Shown here: positions 18,995 through 28,479 of the stretch, one piece after another
Layout of the letters: every line of letters starts with the position of its first letter
Position numbering within the stretch: position 1 is the stretch's first letter
Sequence record: NC_019929.1
Length of the DNA stretch: 64,000 bases
Strand: one strand, 5' to 3'
Translations under genes and position numbers: made by a program
The notes under the pieces: model-generated
Seen by the model: only the letters and a program-made list of their open reading frames with translations
What the model was told of the DNA's origin: nothing
Database searches by the model: none

Positions 18995-21099
18995 TGCAGG
19001 GTCGTCACGTTCACGTTCGACAACTACGGGCACTGAATTCTGATCAAGTGTGGAAGCTTCGCGGGCGGTATTACGTGGAGTTTGATGACGGGAAGAAACT
19101 GGAGATGGCCTCTCGACACATCAAGTTGAGTTGGCCGTACTGGGGTATCTCGCGGTTCTATCCGCAAGTACCAACCCCATCGTCGCTGGCCTACCGTCAG
19201 GATGAGGTGGCCACGGATGACCGCCACATTGACTTTATGTCTGAGGCGAGTGTGCTGGCGCGTAAGGCGGGTATCGATCTCGCCGATACGCGTTATATCC
19301 TGAGCCAACATGTGTACGCTGATGCGTTCAACATGACGGTAAAGAACCTGCTTGCATACTGTACCACCATCGACTATGACACGATGATGGAAATCTATAA
19401 CCACGAGAACTTCGAGATTATCCGTGGGTGGGCCAAAGCCTATCCAACCGGGTATGACGAAGAAGGCGTGGATATGGTGGAGGAAGCGTATAAGCTTATC
19501 GAGAAAATCTTCCAGGACCCGGCACTGAAATACAATCCGGTGGTGATGTCGGTACTCGACAAAACCATCAAGATGAACCAGGTGCTCCAGGCATTCGTGC
19601 GTGGTAAAACGTCCGAGATTGACTCCCGCGTTTACTCCAATCAGGTGTGGGAAGGTTTCTTCACCGGGATGCATTCGGTCATCAGTCGACTGAAAGAGTC
19701 TGGCGCAACCTCGCGTTCGCATCTGTACAACACAGATAAGATTGCCGAAGCAGAGTACGCCTCGCGTAAATTGCAGCTGGCCGCGAACGTGCTGATGTAT
19801 TTCAGCTACGAGGACTGTGGGACGGAGCATGTTCATCATCATACCTTCCAGGACGTGACGATTGACATCAAAGCCCACAAGGCGATGAAGGGGATGCGTT
19901 ATCGCTTTGACGGCGAGACGGGCCCATGGCGTCGCTTTGAAGAAGACGAGTTCGATCAGGTCGTCGGTAAGCCTATCGTCTTCCGCAGTGCTATGACTTG
20001 TAAGAAGATGGCCGATCAGGGCATCTGTGCGATCTGTATGGGTGATTTGATTTACAACCTGTCTGAAGGCACATCACCGGGTCACCTGGCCTCTACCTCC
20101 ATCTCGGAGAAAGGTACCCAGGGGATTCTGTCCACCAAACACCTTGACTTCCTGCGTTATCTGCTCAACCTGGTGTTGACACCGCGCATGAAAGATTATC
20201 TGGTTGAGCACAAGCACAACTCCGTCAAAGGACTGTGCCTGCGGCCGAAGCCACAGTTTGGCGTGTGGGAAGAGTACGAACTCGTGGTTTCAGATAAGGT
20301 GTATTCCGAACTGAGCCAGATTGCGTACCATGAACACCTGGACGACATTGATGAAACGGCGTTACCGGAAATCACCGACCTGACATTCTACCGTCGGGAT
20401 GCGGATGGTCAGGTACTGTCCGAAGATTCGGTGGATGTGCGCATGGGGGTCTGTGGAAACTTCTCCAAAGCCTTCCTGCACTTCTTCTTGAAGCAGCGTG
20501 TTGACCTGCGCTTCCCCACCAAGAAAACGGTACACATCCCGTTGAAAGGCTGGGGCCAGAAACAACCACTGCTCATCTACACCAACCGTTCGGAATCCAT
20601 GGCAGAGTTCGTTGCCGGTCTTGAGACCAAGCTGCGTTCTGTTGCTGCGGATAAGAACGATGAAGTCGTGGAGATTATCAACGCCAACACGACGATGAAG
20701 ATGAACAAGAAGCAGGGCCGTGTGAAGCCAATCACCTTAGTGGAGATGGGCGGAGCCACGGAGAAACAGTGTACTTATGCACTGTTCGATACGTTCAAAT
20801 ACATCCAACGCAAGCTGGGTGGTATCCCGATGACGCATATTGCGATAATGCTTGCTATATCGCGTGTGGAATCCCCAACGAATTCGTTCCCGGCAGTCGG
20901 CTTTGACAGTGAAGAAGCCACCACTGTTTCCGGTAAACGTTTCGTTGACCACAATACGCTCATTGCGATTCGCTCAGCAGGCCCGATGTTGTTGTTCGAA
21001 GGTCAGCAGAATAACCTCGATAATGTCGGGTTCTATACAGATCACCACATTCCAGCCTCGTTGTACGATGGTGGGTTAGGTGCCGTGGTGGTGCATTAA
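18994..21099 (+). CDS. nvRNAP beta' subunit, C-terminal part (phiKZ gp74-like)
   Basis: YASRKLQL, EDCGT, FRSAMTC...GICAICMG zinc site and trigger-loop-like TQGILSTKH. Confidence 0.85.
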   Translation: MQGRHVHVRQLRALNSDQVWKLRGRYYVEFDDGKKLEMASRHIKLSWPYWGISRFYPQVPTPSSLAYRQDEVATDDRHIDFMSEASVLARKAGIDLADTRYILSQHVYADAFNMTVKNLLAYCTTIDYDTMMEIYNHENFEIIRGWAKAYPTGYDEEGVDMVEEAYKLIEKIFQDPALKYNPVVMSVLDKTIKMNQVLQAFVRGKTSEIDSRVYSNQVWEGFFTGMHSVISRLKESGATSRSHLYNTDKIAEAEYASRKLQLAANVLMYFSYEDCGTEHVHHHTFQDVTIDIKAHKAMKGMRYRFDGETGPWRRFEEDEFDQVVGKPIVFRSAMTCKKMADQGICAICMGDLIYNLSEGTSPGHLASTSISEKGTQGILSTKHLDFLRYLLNLVLTPRMKDYLVEHKHNSVKGLCLRPKPQFGVWEEYELVVSDKVYSELSQIAYHEHLDDIDETALPEITDLTFYRRDADGQVLSEDSVDVRMGVCGNFSKAFLHFFLKQRVDLRFPTKKTVHIPLKGWGQKQPLLIYTNRSESMAEFVAGLETKLRSVAADKNDEVVEIINANTTMKMNKKQGRVKPITLVEMGGATEKQCTYALFDTFKYIQRKLGGIPMTHIAIMLAISRVESPTNSFPAVGFDSEEATTVSGKRFVDHNTLIAIRSAGPMLLFEGQQNNLDNVGFYTDHHIPASLYDGGLGAVVVH

Positions 21100-21101
21100 G
21101 T

Positions 21102-21128
21102 AGAGGGGCCATGTGCCCCTCTTTTTTT
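21102..21128 (+). terminator. Intrinsic terminator
   Basis: AGAGGGGC-CATGT-GCCCCTCT followed by a T-run. Confidence 0.75.
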
Positions 21129-21141
21129 GTAGAGGGGTAGC

Positions 21142-22848
21142 ATGGTCGAGATTCACATGACTTACACGAGTATGGGGGTCAGGGTAGAAGTCCCCAACCG
21201 ACAGATGGAGTCGGCTATACTCGCGTGGGCCGAAGAGAATATGCACGCCCCCAAGATGGGCAAGCAACAAGGACGTATCACTACCGAAAGGGGGGATGCG
21301 TTTTATGTACACATTCCTTCCCTGCGCACATTTATCTTTCACCGTATGTTTGCTGACCGTATTCAGGCGCTGATCCAACGGGCGTCTTTAGAATACGGTG
21401 TTCGTTACAACCTGTATCAGCATCAGGTTGAACGCAGCGAGCCGTACCGTTGTACGTTTGACAATCCCGGCTTTGCCATGATGGAAACTGACGAGTCTTC
21501 TCGTTTCTTCTACCAGAACGAAGTTGTGGATGCTGCTTGCCAGCCAGATCGCCAACAAACCATCTTTGCCATTCAGACTGGTCGCGGAAAAACCAAAACC
21601 TGTATGAAAGTCATGGTAAAGAAAGGGGTACGCACACTGCTGATTCACCGACCCACGTATGTGTCCAAGTGGCTGTTTGACACCACAGAAGACCCTACAG
21701 GGCTGCGTGAAGATAAGGAAGGGGTATGGGTGGTGACGGGCGTACAGGCCGTCTACGAGGTGCTGGAGATGGGAGAAAACGGGGAACTCGACCGCCGGGG
21801 GATTAAGATTATTATTATCCCGACTGTGACCCTGCAACGCTTCCTGAAAGAGTACATCAACACCGCGGCAACTAACCCCGTGAACCTTGACCGGTTCTAC
21901 GACACGTTGGGCGTCGGTCTGTTGGCCATGGATGAAGTGCATGAGCATTTCCATCTGGTTTATCAGGCAGGGATTATGTTGAATCCCCCACCGAGTGTGG
22001 AGATGTCAGCCACACTGAAACCGGGTGCCAGCAAAGCGTTTATTGCTGAGCGGTATCTGGAACGTTTCCCGCCGGATTTGCGTATCTCGATCCCGGTCAT
22101 TCCCGTGGTGCATATCCGTGCACTGTATTACGCCATTGAAGATCGTAAGTTTGCGTTCTGGGCCGGGAAGATGACCCCGTACAACCACAAACTGTTCGAA
22201 GGGAAACTCATTAAAGAGAATCTCCACATCAGTTATGCGGAAATGTACTGGGACATGATTGAGAAAACCTACCTGAAAGAGTATCAGGTGGGGCAGAAAA
22301 TCTTGTGTATCTTTGCGACAGTGGCGATGTGCGAATTCTTCACAGAGTTTGTGAAGGACAAGCTTGCACAATCAGAGCAGTTCCATGCACTGATGGTGTC
22401 GAAGTTTAATGCGGGCGATTCGTATGACGACTTCATCTTAGCAGACATCTCTATCTCCACACCGGGGAAAGCAGGTACTGCGGTTGATAAGCCGGGGTTG
22501 GTACACATGTACATCTCGACCCCGGTTGAAGACCAACAGCTCAACGAGCAGATGGCCGGTCGTCCACGTAAAATCATGCACAAGGATTGGGGCGAAATCG
22601 ATCCGAAGGTGTGGTTGTTCCATTCGCACAACATACCGAAGCATTGCAACTATCTGAACTCGCGCCAGAAGTCACTGACCGATGTCGTGTTGTCCTTTAA
22701 GATTGCAACGTCTCCGTACGTCGTAAGGAAATCCAATGCTCACTCCGCCGCTTCCGCCCGCGCCAATGCCGCCTTATGTCGGGCTGACCTTAGCAAGTTT
22801 ACTCGAAACCGCTTTAAAAGCGTATCCCGGCGTAGAAGACGTCGCTAA
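21142..22848 (+). CDS. SF2 DExH helicase (phiKZ gp75-like)
   Basis: QTGRGKT (Walker A), DEVH, MSAT and QMAGRPR. Confidence 0.9.
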   Translation: MVEIHMTYTSMGVRVEVPNRQMESAILAWAEENMHAPKMGKQQGRITTERGDAFYVHIPSLRTFIFHRMFADRIQALIQRASLEYGVRYNLYQHQVERSEPYRCTFDNPGFAMMETDESSRFFYQNEVVDAACQPDRQQTIFAIQTGRGKTKTCMKVMVKKGVRTLLIHRPTYVSKWLFDTTEDPTGLREDKEGVWVVTGVQAVYEVLEMGENGELDRRGIKIIIIPTVTLQRFLKEYINTAATNPVNLDRFYDTLGVGLLAMDEVHEHFHLVYQAGIMLNPPPSVEMSATLKPGASKAFIAERYLERFPPDLRISIPVIPVVHIRALYYAIEDRKFAFWAGKMTPYNHKLFEGKLIKENLHISYAEMYWDMIEKTYLKEYQVGQKILCIFATVAMCEFFTEFVKDKLAQSEQFHALMVSKFNAGDSYDDFILADISISTPGKAGTAVDKPGLVHMYISTPVEDQQLNEQMAGRPRKIMHKDWGEIDPKVWLFHSHNIPKHCNYLNSRQKSLTDVVLSFKIATSPYVVRKSNAHSAASARANAALCRADLSKFTRNRFKSVSRRRRRR

Positions 22849-23119
22849 GGCGCTATGTACTGACCCTGTGTTGTCGCCTGCCTTCCATTACTACATGGTG
22901 GATGAGCACTTCGCAGGGATAATGATTCTCCAACGGGGCCTCACCTACTACGTTACGCGTAACTCCAGCATCCGTACGACAGCGTCGTACGAGCAGTACA
23001 GTTATGTGTTGTGGAATGAGAACCCCGCGGGGAACGTTGACCAAAACCCGAAGATGGCATACCGGCTGTTCTCGGAAAAATGGCACGATTGGGTCACTGT
23101 ACCGCACAATGCCAGTTAA
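22736..23119 (+). CDS. Hypothetical protein overlapping the helicase 3' end
   Basis: ATG at 22736 with AAGGA RBS; 113-nt overlap with the helicase. Confidence 0.55.
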   Translation: MLTPPLPPAPMPPYVGLTLASLLETALKAYPGVEDVAKALCTDPVLSPAFHYYMVDEHFAGIMILQRGLTYYVTRNSSIRTTASYEQYSYVLWNENPAGNVDQNPKMAYRLFSEKWHDWVTVPHNAS

Positions 23120-23178
23120 TAACGTGTCGGGTGTATAATGTGTATACACCCAACCCTTTCCCAATAAGGAATATTTCG

Positions 23179-23766
23179 ATGAGTCGTGCCAAAAAGTCCA
23201 ACGGTTTTAACCCTCGCCAGAACGCGCGTGACTATATCCGCAACGCGATGCAGGGTATTCTCAGCATCAGTCTGATGTTTGAAGAAGAAACCAAAATCCT
23301 GTCACAGAAAATCGACCGTGAGCGTGAAGTGTCATCCACCATCGGTTACGAACCCCTGCGTATCTTTACGCTGGAAAAACTGGATGAAGCCCAGGCCGGT
23401 TTCATCGGGTTAATGAAAGAAGGCAAAGAGAAACTCGATGCCCTGAACATTGAAGCTGACGCCACGGCGGTCGAGCTGCAAACCCTGGTGAACGAGAATC
23501 GCTGGGACACCATTAAAGACACCTATCCGGCGATGGAAATGGCCCTGGCTGCACACGCCACAGATGCCCACATCATCGGCCAACAGATTCAAGGTGCGGC
23601 CATTGAGATCCTGTCTCTGTATAATGGCCGTGTCAACTTCGTGAAGCAAGCTCTGAAAAGAGATATCGACTGGGACGTAGCACTGAAGATGCTGGCAGAA
23701 GCCGAAGCAGATCAGGCGAAGCCGGTTGAAGAAGCTGAAACCGTTGAGGAAGCTGCACATGTCTGA
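23179..23766 (+). CDS. Hypothetical helical protein (195 aa)
   Basis: ATG at 23179 after TAAGGA; the track start at 23080 is probably too early. Confidence 0.7.
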   Translation: MSRAKKSNGFNPRQNARDYIRNAMQGILSISLMFEEETKILSQKIDREREVSSTIGYEPLRIFTLEKLDEAQAGFIGLMKEGKEKLDALNIEADATAVELQTLVNENRWDTIKDTYPAMEMALAAHATDAHIIGQQIQGAAIEILSLYNGRVNFVKQALKRDIDWDVALKMLAEAEADQAKPVEEAETVEEAAHV

Positions 23767-25819
23767 ACCGTTAGATCAGCGCCCGTCCAACGTGCGCCGT
23801 CCCAATCTTAACCAGCCTGAGGTGTCGCAAGACACCCAGGAACTGGTGCTGCCACCGGCTGCGCAAATCCAGACCATGGATAGCGAAGACGCGGTGATGT
23901 TGATTAAGAAATCCAACCCTGGTTTTTCTTTTGCCCGTGCTGAGCAAGTGTACAACGAACACTACCCCGTTCAGCCGCTGCAAGTCGAAGAACCGGTGCT
24001 GCAACGCCCGGTGTATCAGCAGGAAGAACCCCCTGCCCCACCGGTTGCTCCTACGGTAGCGCCGGAAACACCAAAGGTGCCGGAGGAAACCGCCCACGTT
24101 ACCCAGCCCGCTGGCCCGGACACAACGATCTTCGTTGAGCCAAAACCAGAGCCGAAGGTAACGCATCAGCATGTGCACCAATCTGCGCCTGTGCAGAAAG
24201 AAACGACAGTGGACGATAAACCGTTCACTCCGGCTTCACCTGAAAAACAGGTACAGCACGCTGACCACGAAAAGAACGCTGCGCCGCAGGTGCGTCCGGG
24301 CGACAGCGAACGTCAGGTGAACTTTGGTAAAGGTGTGTATCAGCCCGAAACGGCTGAGCTGCCCGAAGACGACCGTGATGCGGTACTGACCGGCCTGCGT
24401 CGTTTGGTCGGCCCGATGCAAGACCCGAACTTAATCGGGAAAGACTTGCAGCGTTTCTTCTCCAGTGTGAAACGTTCCCCGGAAGACGGCCGTCTGTTGT
24501 TTGAAAGCGAAGAACAGCAAAACCGCTACGGTCTTATCTACGCGGCGCTGAACATGACCCCACCGACACTGCACAGTGGCGTGCAGGCGTTTGACCAGGC
24601 GTTAGAGCGTGCAGATACCCCGTGGGAACAGCGTGTACTGCTGCCGGGCTTTGATAAGCCTGCGGGTCTCATCTCCCCACGCAACAACATGCACACTGGC
24701 CCGATTGCTGCCCTGCGCCGTCGTCGCAAGACCGGTATTCCTAACTCGGTCTGGTTACCGGCTACCGGTATCTACGTCGGCTTCAAAGCACCGAACGAAC
24801 GTGAGTTCTGTGATTTCGATATGCAGCTGACGCTGGAAACGGCCACCATCGGGATGCAGACGTACGGCCTGATGCTGTCGTCCTCGTCCGGTGTCTATAT
24901 CCGCCACATGGTTGAGTTCGCCCTGCAATTCGTTACCGAGTGTACGCTCGACTGCGAAGGCAACGACATGAAGACCGTGCTGCTGGATAAGATTGACCTG
25001 GCTGACTACTGGCTGGTTATTCTGGGCCCAATCCAGGCGAAGTTCCCGGCCGGGTTACCATGGACACTGATTTGTGGTCGTGACGGTTGCGAACACGAAG
25101 AAAGTGTGAAGCTGAACATCGCCCGTTGTATCCGTATGGGTACCGGTCTGTACACCGACCTGCAACGTAACCTGTGGGCGCATCAGCGTGGTACCGATGA
25201 CTTCCTGATCAGTCAGGCAGAACAAGCGGAGTTCGTAAACAACCACCTGAAAGACCCGGCTGCTGTCTTTGAAAAAGATGGCGTGACCGTGACCTTCGGT
25301 CGTTGTTCTATCGGCGAGTTCTTCGACCACACCGAAAGCTGGATGGCGGACATCAATGCCTCAACCACCACGGCATTGTCGGCCAACGGTACGGAGCGTG
25401 AGAAAGAGAACCATATGCGCCTCACCGCAGAGACCCGTCGTCTGACCCGTTATGCCCACATGGTGGAATCTATCTCCGTGGTGGAAGAACAGGAAGTTGA
25501 CGGTGAGCTCGTGCAGACCACGCAGACGGAACGTGACTACAAGAAGATTGTCGTGATGCTCGAAGAGTTATCACCTGACCGTCTGTATGTCAGTCAGTTC
25601 GAAGAAGCGATGGCGCTGTATAATGAGCGCTCACGTCTGGCCGTCTTCGGCTACATGGGACAGAAATGTTCTGTGTGCGGTGGCGACCATGACGGTGAGA
25701 AAGAAGGTCTGTACCGTGGTATCGTTACCATTTCTCCGGACAGGGTTTTTTTCGAGCTCTCTCGAGTGGTGTCCGAGATTCAGAAGTTTCTGCTCAGACA
25801 ATACGGCGTTACTGGCTAG
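23759..25819 (+). CDS. T4 gp26-like baseplate hub/tail assembly protein with long disordered P/E/Q-rich N-terminus (phiKZ gp77-like)
   Basis: 686 aa from ATG 23759 (GAGGA RBS). GFKAPNERE, ICGRDGCEHEESVKLNI and KCSVCG Cys pairs resemble gp26-type hub proteins. Confidence 0.5.
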   Translation: MSEPLDQRPSNVRRPNLNQPEVSQDTQELVLPPAAQIQTMDSEDAVMLIKKSNPGFSFARAEQVYNEHYPVQPLQVEEPVLQRPVYQQEEPPAPPVAPTVAPETPKVPEETAHVTQPAGPDTTIFVEPKPEPKVTHQHVHQSAPVQKETTVDDKPFTPASPEKQVQHADHEKNAAPQVRPGDSERQVNFGKGVYQPETAELPEDDRDAVLTGLRRLVGPMQDPNLIGKDLQRFFSSVKRSPEDGRLLFESEEQQNRYGLIYAALNMTPPTLHSGVQAFDQALERADTPWEQRVLLPGFDKPAGLISPRNNMHTGPIAALRRRRKTGIPNSVWLPATGIYVGFKAPNEREFCDFDMQLTLETATIGMQTYGLMLSSSSGVYIRHMVEFALQFVTECTLDCEGNDMKTVLLDKIDLADYWLVILGPIQAKFPAGLPWTLICGRDGCEHEESVKLNIARCIRMGTGLYTDLQRNLWAHQRGTDDFLISQAEQAEFVNNHLKDPAAVFEKDGVTVTFGRCSIGEFFDHTESWMADINASTTTALSANGTEREKENHMRLTAETRRLTRYAHMVESISVVEEQEVDGELVQTTQTERDYKKIVVMLEELSPDRLYVSQFEEAMALYNERSRLAVFGYMGQKCSVCGGDHDGEKEGLYRGIVTISPDRVFFELSRVVSEIQKFLLRQYGVTG

Positions 25820-26241
25820 ACCACGACGAAGTACCATCCGACCAGATAATCACGACCCTCAAGTTGGATACCACCTCACTGTTCAAGCAGCGTAGTACCC
25901 GACCGATTACGTATCAGGAAGCCCACAACGAGTTGATGGAAGCTTACGATGCAACACTCGGCCTGGATACAGGTGAGAACCATATCGGGTTGTCAGAGTT
26001 TGAGAACCCGGTAACCGGTAGTCTGTACGAAATCTGGTATGCCACGTACCTGCGTGAGCAAATTGGTGAACACTTTCGTCTTTCGTTCGATGAGTTCTTA
26101 GACCGTCCTCGCTGGCAAATTATGATCATGCTGGAGGCGGTCAGGCGTCGCATGGCTATCCTCAACAAGGATATTCAGGCACAGCTTGAAGAGAACAAAG
26201 AGATGCGCGAATTGGAGAAAGAAAACAAGGGTCGTTCTTAA
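25753..26241 (+). CDS. -1 frame extension of the upstream gene (T4 gp51 / tail chaperone T-like segment)
   Basis: Frame is open from 25699 with no ATG or GTG until 25936 and no RBS before TTG 25864. Slippery T TTT TTC at 25747-25753; motif LSFDEFLDRPRWQIMIML. Confidence 0.6.
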   Translation, partial: RALSSGVRDSEVSAQTIRRYWLDHDEVPSDQIITTLKLDTTSLFKQRSTRPITYQEAHNELMEAYDATLGLDTGENHIGLSEFENPVTGSLYEIWYATYLREQIGEHFRLSFDEFLDRPRWQIMIMLEAVRRRMAILNKDIQAQLEENKEMRELEKENKGRS

Positions 26242-26273
26242 GGGGCTTCGGCCCCTTTTCCTTTTCTTTTTTT
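26240..26273 (+). terminator. Intrinsic terminator
   Basis: AAGGGGC-TTCG-GCCCCTT followed by a long pyrimidine run. Confidence 0.8.
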
Positions 26274-26310
26274 GCCTTGGTATGAATCCCCAAAGTGCTG
26301 GAAACCTCCC

Positions 26311-27174
26311 ATGATTGACATTTATACCGACTACGCGGCCGTACTGACGGTCAATCGCCATGAAGACCGTGCAGCGCCGATGCTAGACTTAGTGACCCTC
26401 GGTATCGATTACGGTTATGATGTGGCTTTAAGCGACGTGTATTTTGAACCGTCTTCTGACCCGGCGGATGAGACCATCCGGTTAGAAGGTATTATCGTGA
26501 AGTGTGCAGTCGCGCTCGGCAACCGCCTGGGCGTCGCCCTTAATCCACAAATCGTGTATCATAAACCCAAAGAGACCGTGCGTATCTTACACGGACTGCT
26601 GGAAAAGTTTGAAGACTTCGACGACAGCGATAGCCTGTACGGCATCGTGATGTCTGGCGAAACCCCTGAGCACATTCTTGAGAACATGTGCCGTGTTGTG
26701 TACGGTGACAACAACCTGCACTTCGAAGACCTCGTTATTTCAGTCGGCCCACGGGTGATGACCGTGATGCGTAACTACCTGGCGGCAGCAGCGCTGGAAG
26801 AACAGAAGGGTGACAACGATTACCTGCGTATCGGCCGTATCGCGGCGTATCTGCGTACCTTCCCCCAAAACCCGTCAGCGTTTGTGTTCCTGAACCTGCC
26901 GCAAGAACCGGACATGCTTGTGGTACAACAAGCGTTGTCGTTTGCGGACGACGAGTACAGCGACGATGAGTTACTGTTAATGTACGCGGTCGGGTTATCC
27001 GTGATTCCGTTCGATGACTTTGACGGGGCCTACGGTGCGTTGGCCGGGAACCTAGAAAAGATTAACACCGACAACTACCCTCCTCTGCCGATTCTGGAAC
27101 AGGGGTTGGCTGCCCTGAAAACCATCTACGGGCAAGACCGTGCGCAAGAGGAAGAGAATTATGAACAGGATTGA
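26311..27174 (+). CDS. Virion structural protein (phiKZ gp79-like)
   Basis: Likely ATG at 26311 (MIDIYTD); precedes the vRNAP subunit as in phiKZ. Function by synteny. Confidence 0.55.
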   Translation: MIDIYTDYAAVLTVNRHEDRAAPMLDLVTLGIDYGYDVALSDVYFEPSSDPADETIRLEGIIVKCAVALGNRLGVALNPQIVYHKPKETVRILHGLLEKFEDFDDSDSLYGIVMSGETPEHILENMCRVVYGDNNLHFEDLVISVGPRVMTVMRNYLAAAALEEQKGDNDYLRIGRIAAYLRTFPQNPSAFVFLNLPQEPDMLVVQQALSFADDEYSDDELLLMYAVGLSVIPFDDFDGAYGALAGNLEKINTDNYPPLPILEQGLAALKTIYGQDRAQEEENYEQD

Positions 27175-28468
27175 ATACCTGGTCGCAGCCTGTCACGCAG
27201 AAGCGTGGCGTCGACTGGTATGGCGTATTGCGGTGTTTAACGTGGCCATCTTTAATGAGGATGGGGAACCGCCTGAACCGTACGACCTGACTTACATTGA
27301 CGGCCTGCCGCATTTCTGGGATGTGCCGGTCGAAGATGAAGATGCGAAGTGGGTGCCGATTGAAGGGTGTAAAAAGGATGACGAACTGTTCATCCCGGAA
27401 GAACTCTTTGAGTTGCGTCCTGATATGTATCCCGGCTTAGAAGGCCCGGTGCAAACCTCCGTAGGGCGTTACGTCTTTAACTGGATTGTTATCTTCTACG
27501 CGTTCGGTACTCGCCTGCCGTACCAGGCGATTTCCAAGAACCCGCTGGAATACCAGAAAGAGATGTACCGCCGTTGTCTGGAACACGAAGACGATGAGCC
27601 AGAGAATGACGGGGCCATTCGTCCAAGCATGATAGGGCGCTTTGTAGGCGGTCTACACGAGCTTGCACCGATGACCCGTGGCATTGCCGCCACCGGCACG
27701 TTGCGTTCGCTGACGACCCACCCAGACGCGTATAAGGTACGTGACGCATTACTGCTTAAGCACAAAGACGAGCTGGATAACCCGGCCGTCATCGTGATGA
27801 TTGAAAAGGCATTGGATGAACTGGATAAGGAATGGTTGAGCGGTGACCAGTCTATCGAGTTCTACAATTCGCCGAAATCCCGAATGCGTCGTCGTAAACT
27901 GATGTTGATGTACGGTATTCAAACCGCATTTAAAGAGGGGAGTGACTTTACCCTGGTGCCAACCAGCCTGATGGAAGTTGATGAAGGCGGGATGAAGAAC
28001 CTGGTAGAGAAATTCAACGACACCCGTGAAGGGTCGTTCTCGCGTGGTGCGGAAACCGCGAAGGGGGGTGAGCAGGTACGTATCATTCAGATGATCTTCC
28101 AGAACCACCGTATCGTGGCCGGGGATTGTGGTACCAAGCTGACCCATCCGGTGGTCATTAACCTCGGCAACGTCACCCGTTATATCGGGATGAACGCCGT
28201 TGTAAACGGCAAACTGGTACAGCTGACTGAGGCGTATTTGAAAGAACAGCTGGGCAAAGTTGTCCGTCTGCGACGCCCCATCTTATGTCAACTGGGTCAC
28301 GTAGACTGCTGTGCTGCGTGCTCCTCGGCCCACAAAGCCGAAGAACCGCGTGCAATCGCCGCGGACATCTCCTCTGCGTTCTCCAACGTTATGACCAATG
28401 CGATGGGCGCAATGCACGGCCGTGAAACCGTCGTGCAGGAATTCGTACCGTTAATCCACATTACTTAA
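27161..28468 (+). CDS. Virion RNA polymerase beta' subunit fragment (phiKZ gp80-like)
   Basis: REGSFSRGAETAKGG, GDCGT, LRRPILC...CCAAC zinc site and GAMHG; ATG at 27161. Confidence 0.85.
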   Translation: MNRIEYLVAACHAEAWRRLVWRIAVFNVAIFNEDGEPPEPYDLTYIDGLPHFWDVPVEDEDAKWVPIEGCKKDDELFIPEELFELRPDMYPGLEGPVQTSVGRYVFNWIVIFYAFGTRLPYQAISKNPLEYQKEMYRRCLEHEDDEPENDGAIRPSMIGRFVGGLHELAPMTRGIAATGTLRSLTTHPDAYKVRDALLLKHKDELDNPAVIVMIEKALDELDKEWLSGDQSIEFYNSPKSRMRRRKLMLMYGIQTAFKEGSDFTLVPTSLMEVDEGGMKNLVEKFNDTREGSFSRGAETAKGGEQVRIIQMIFQNHRIVAGDCGTKLTHPVVINLGNVTRYIGMNAVVNGKLVQLTEAYLKEQLGKVVRLRRPILCQLGHVDCCAACSSAHKAEEPRAIAADISSAFSNVMTNAMGAMHGRETVVQEFVPLIHIT

Positions 28469-28479
28469 GGATTATTACC

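Noticed and set aside
5362-21099. Group I introns or homing endonucleases in RNAP genes, as in phiKZ gp55/gp71-73
   Set aside because: Each subunit is one continuous ORF of expected size; no HNH, GIY-YIG or LAGLIDADG ORF was seen.
25587-25895. 102-aa ORF in the +1 frame across the frameshift region
   Set aside because: No RBS and implausible composition; the -1 frame explains the downstream coding sequence better.
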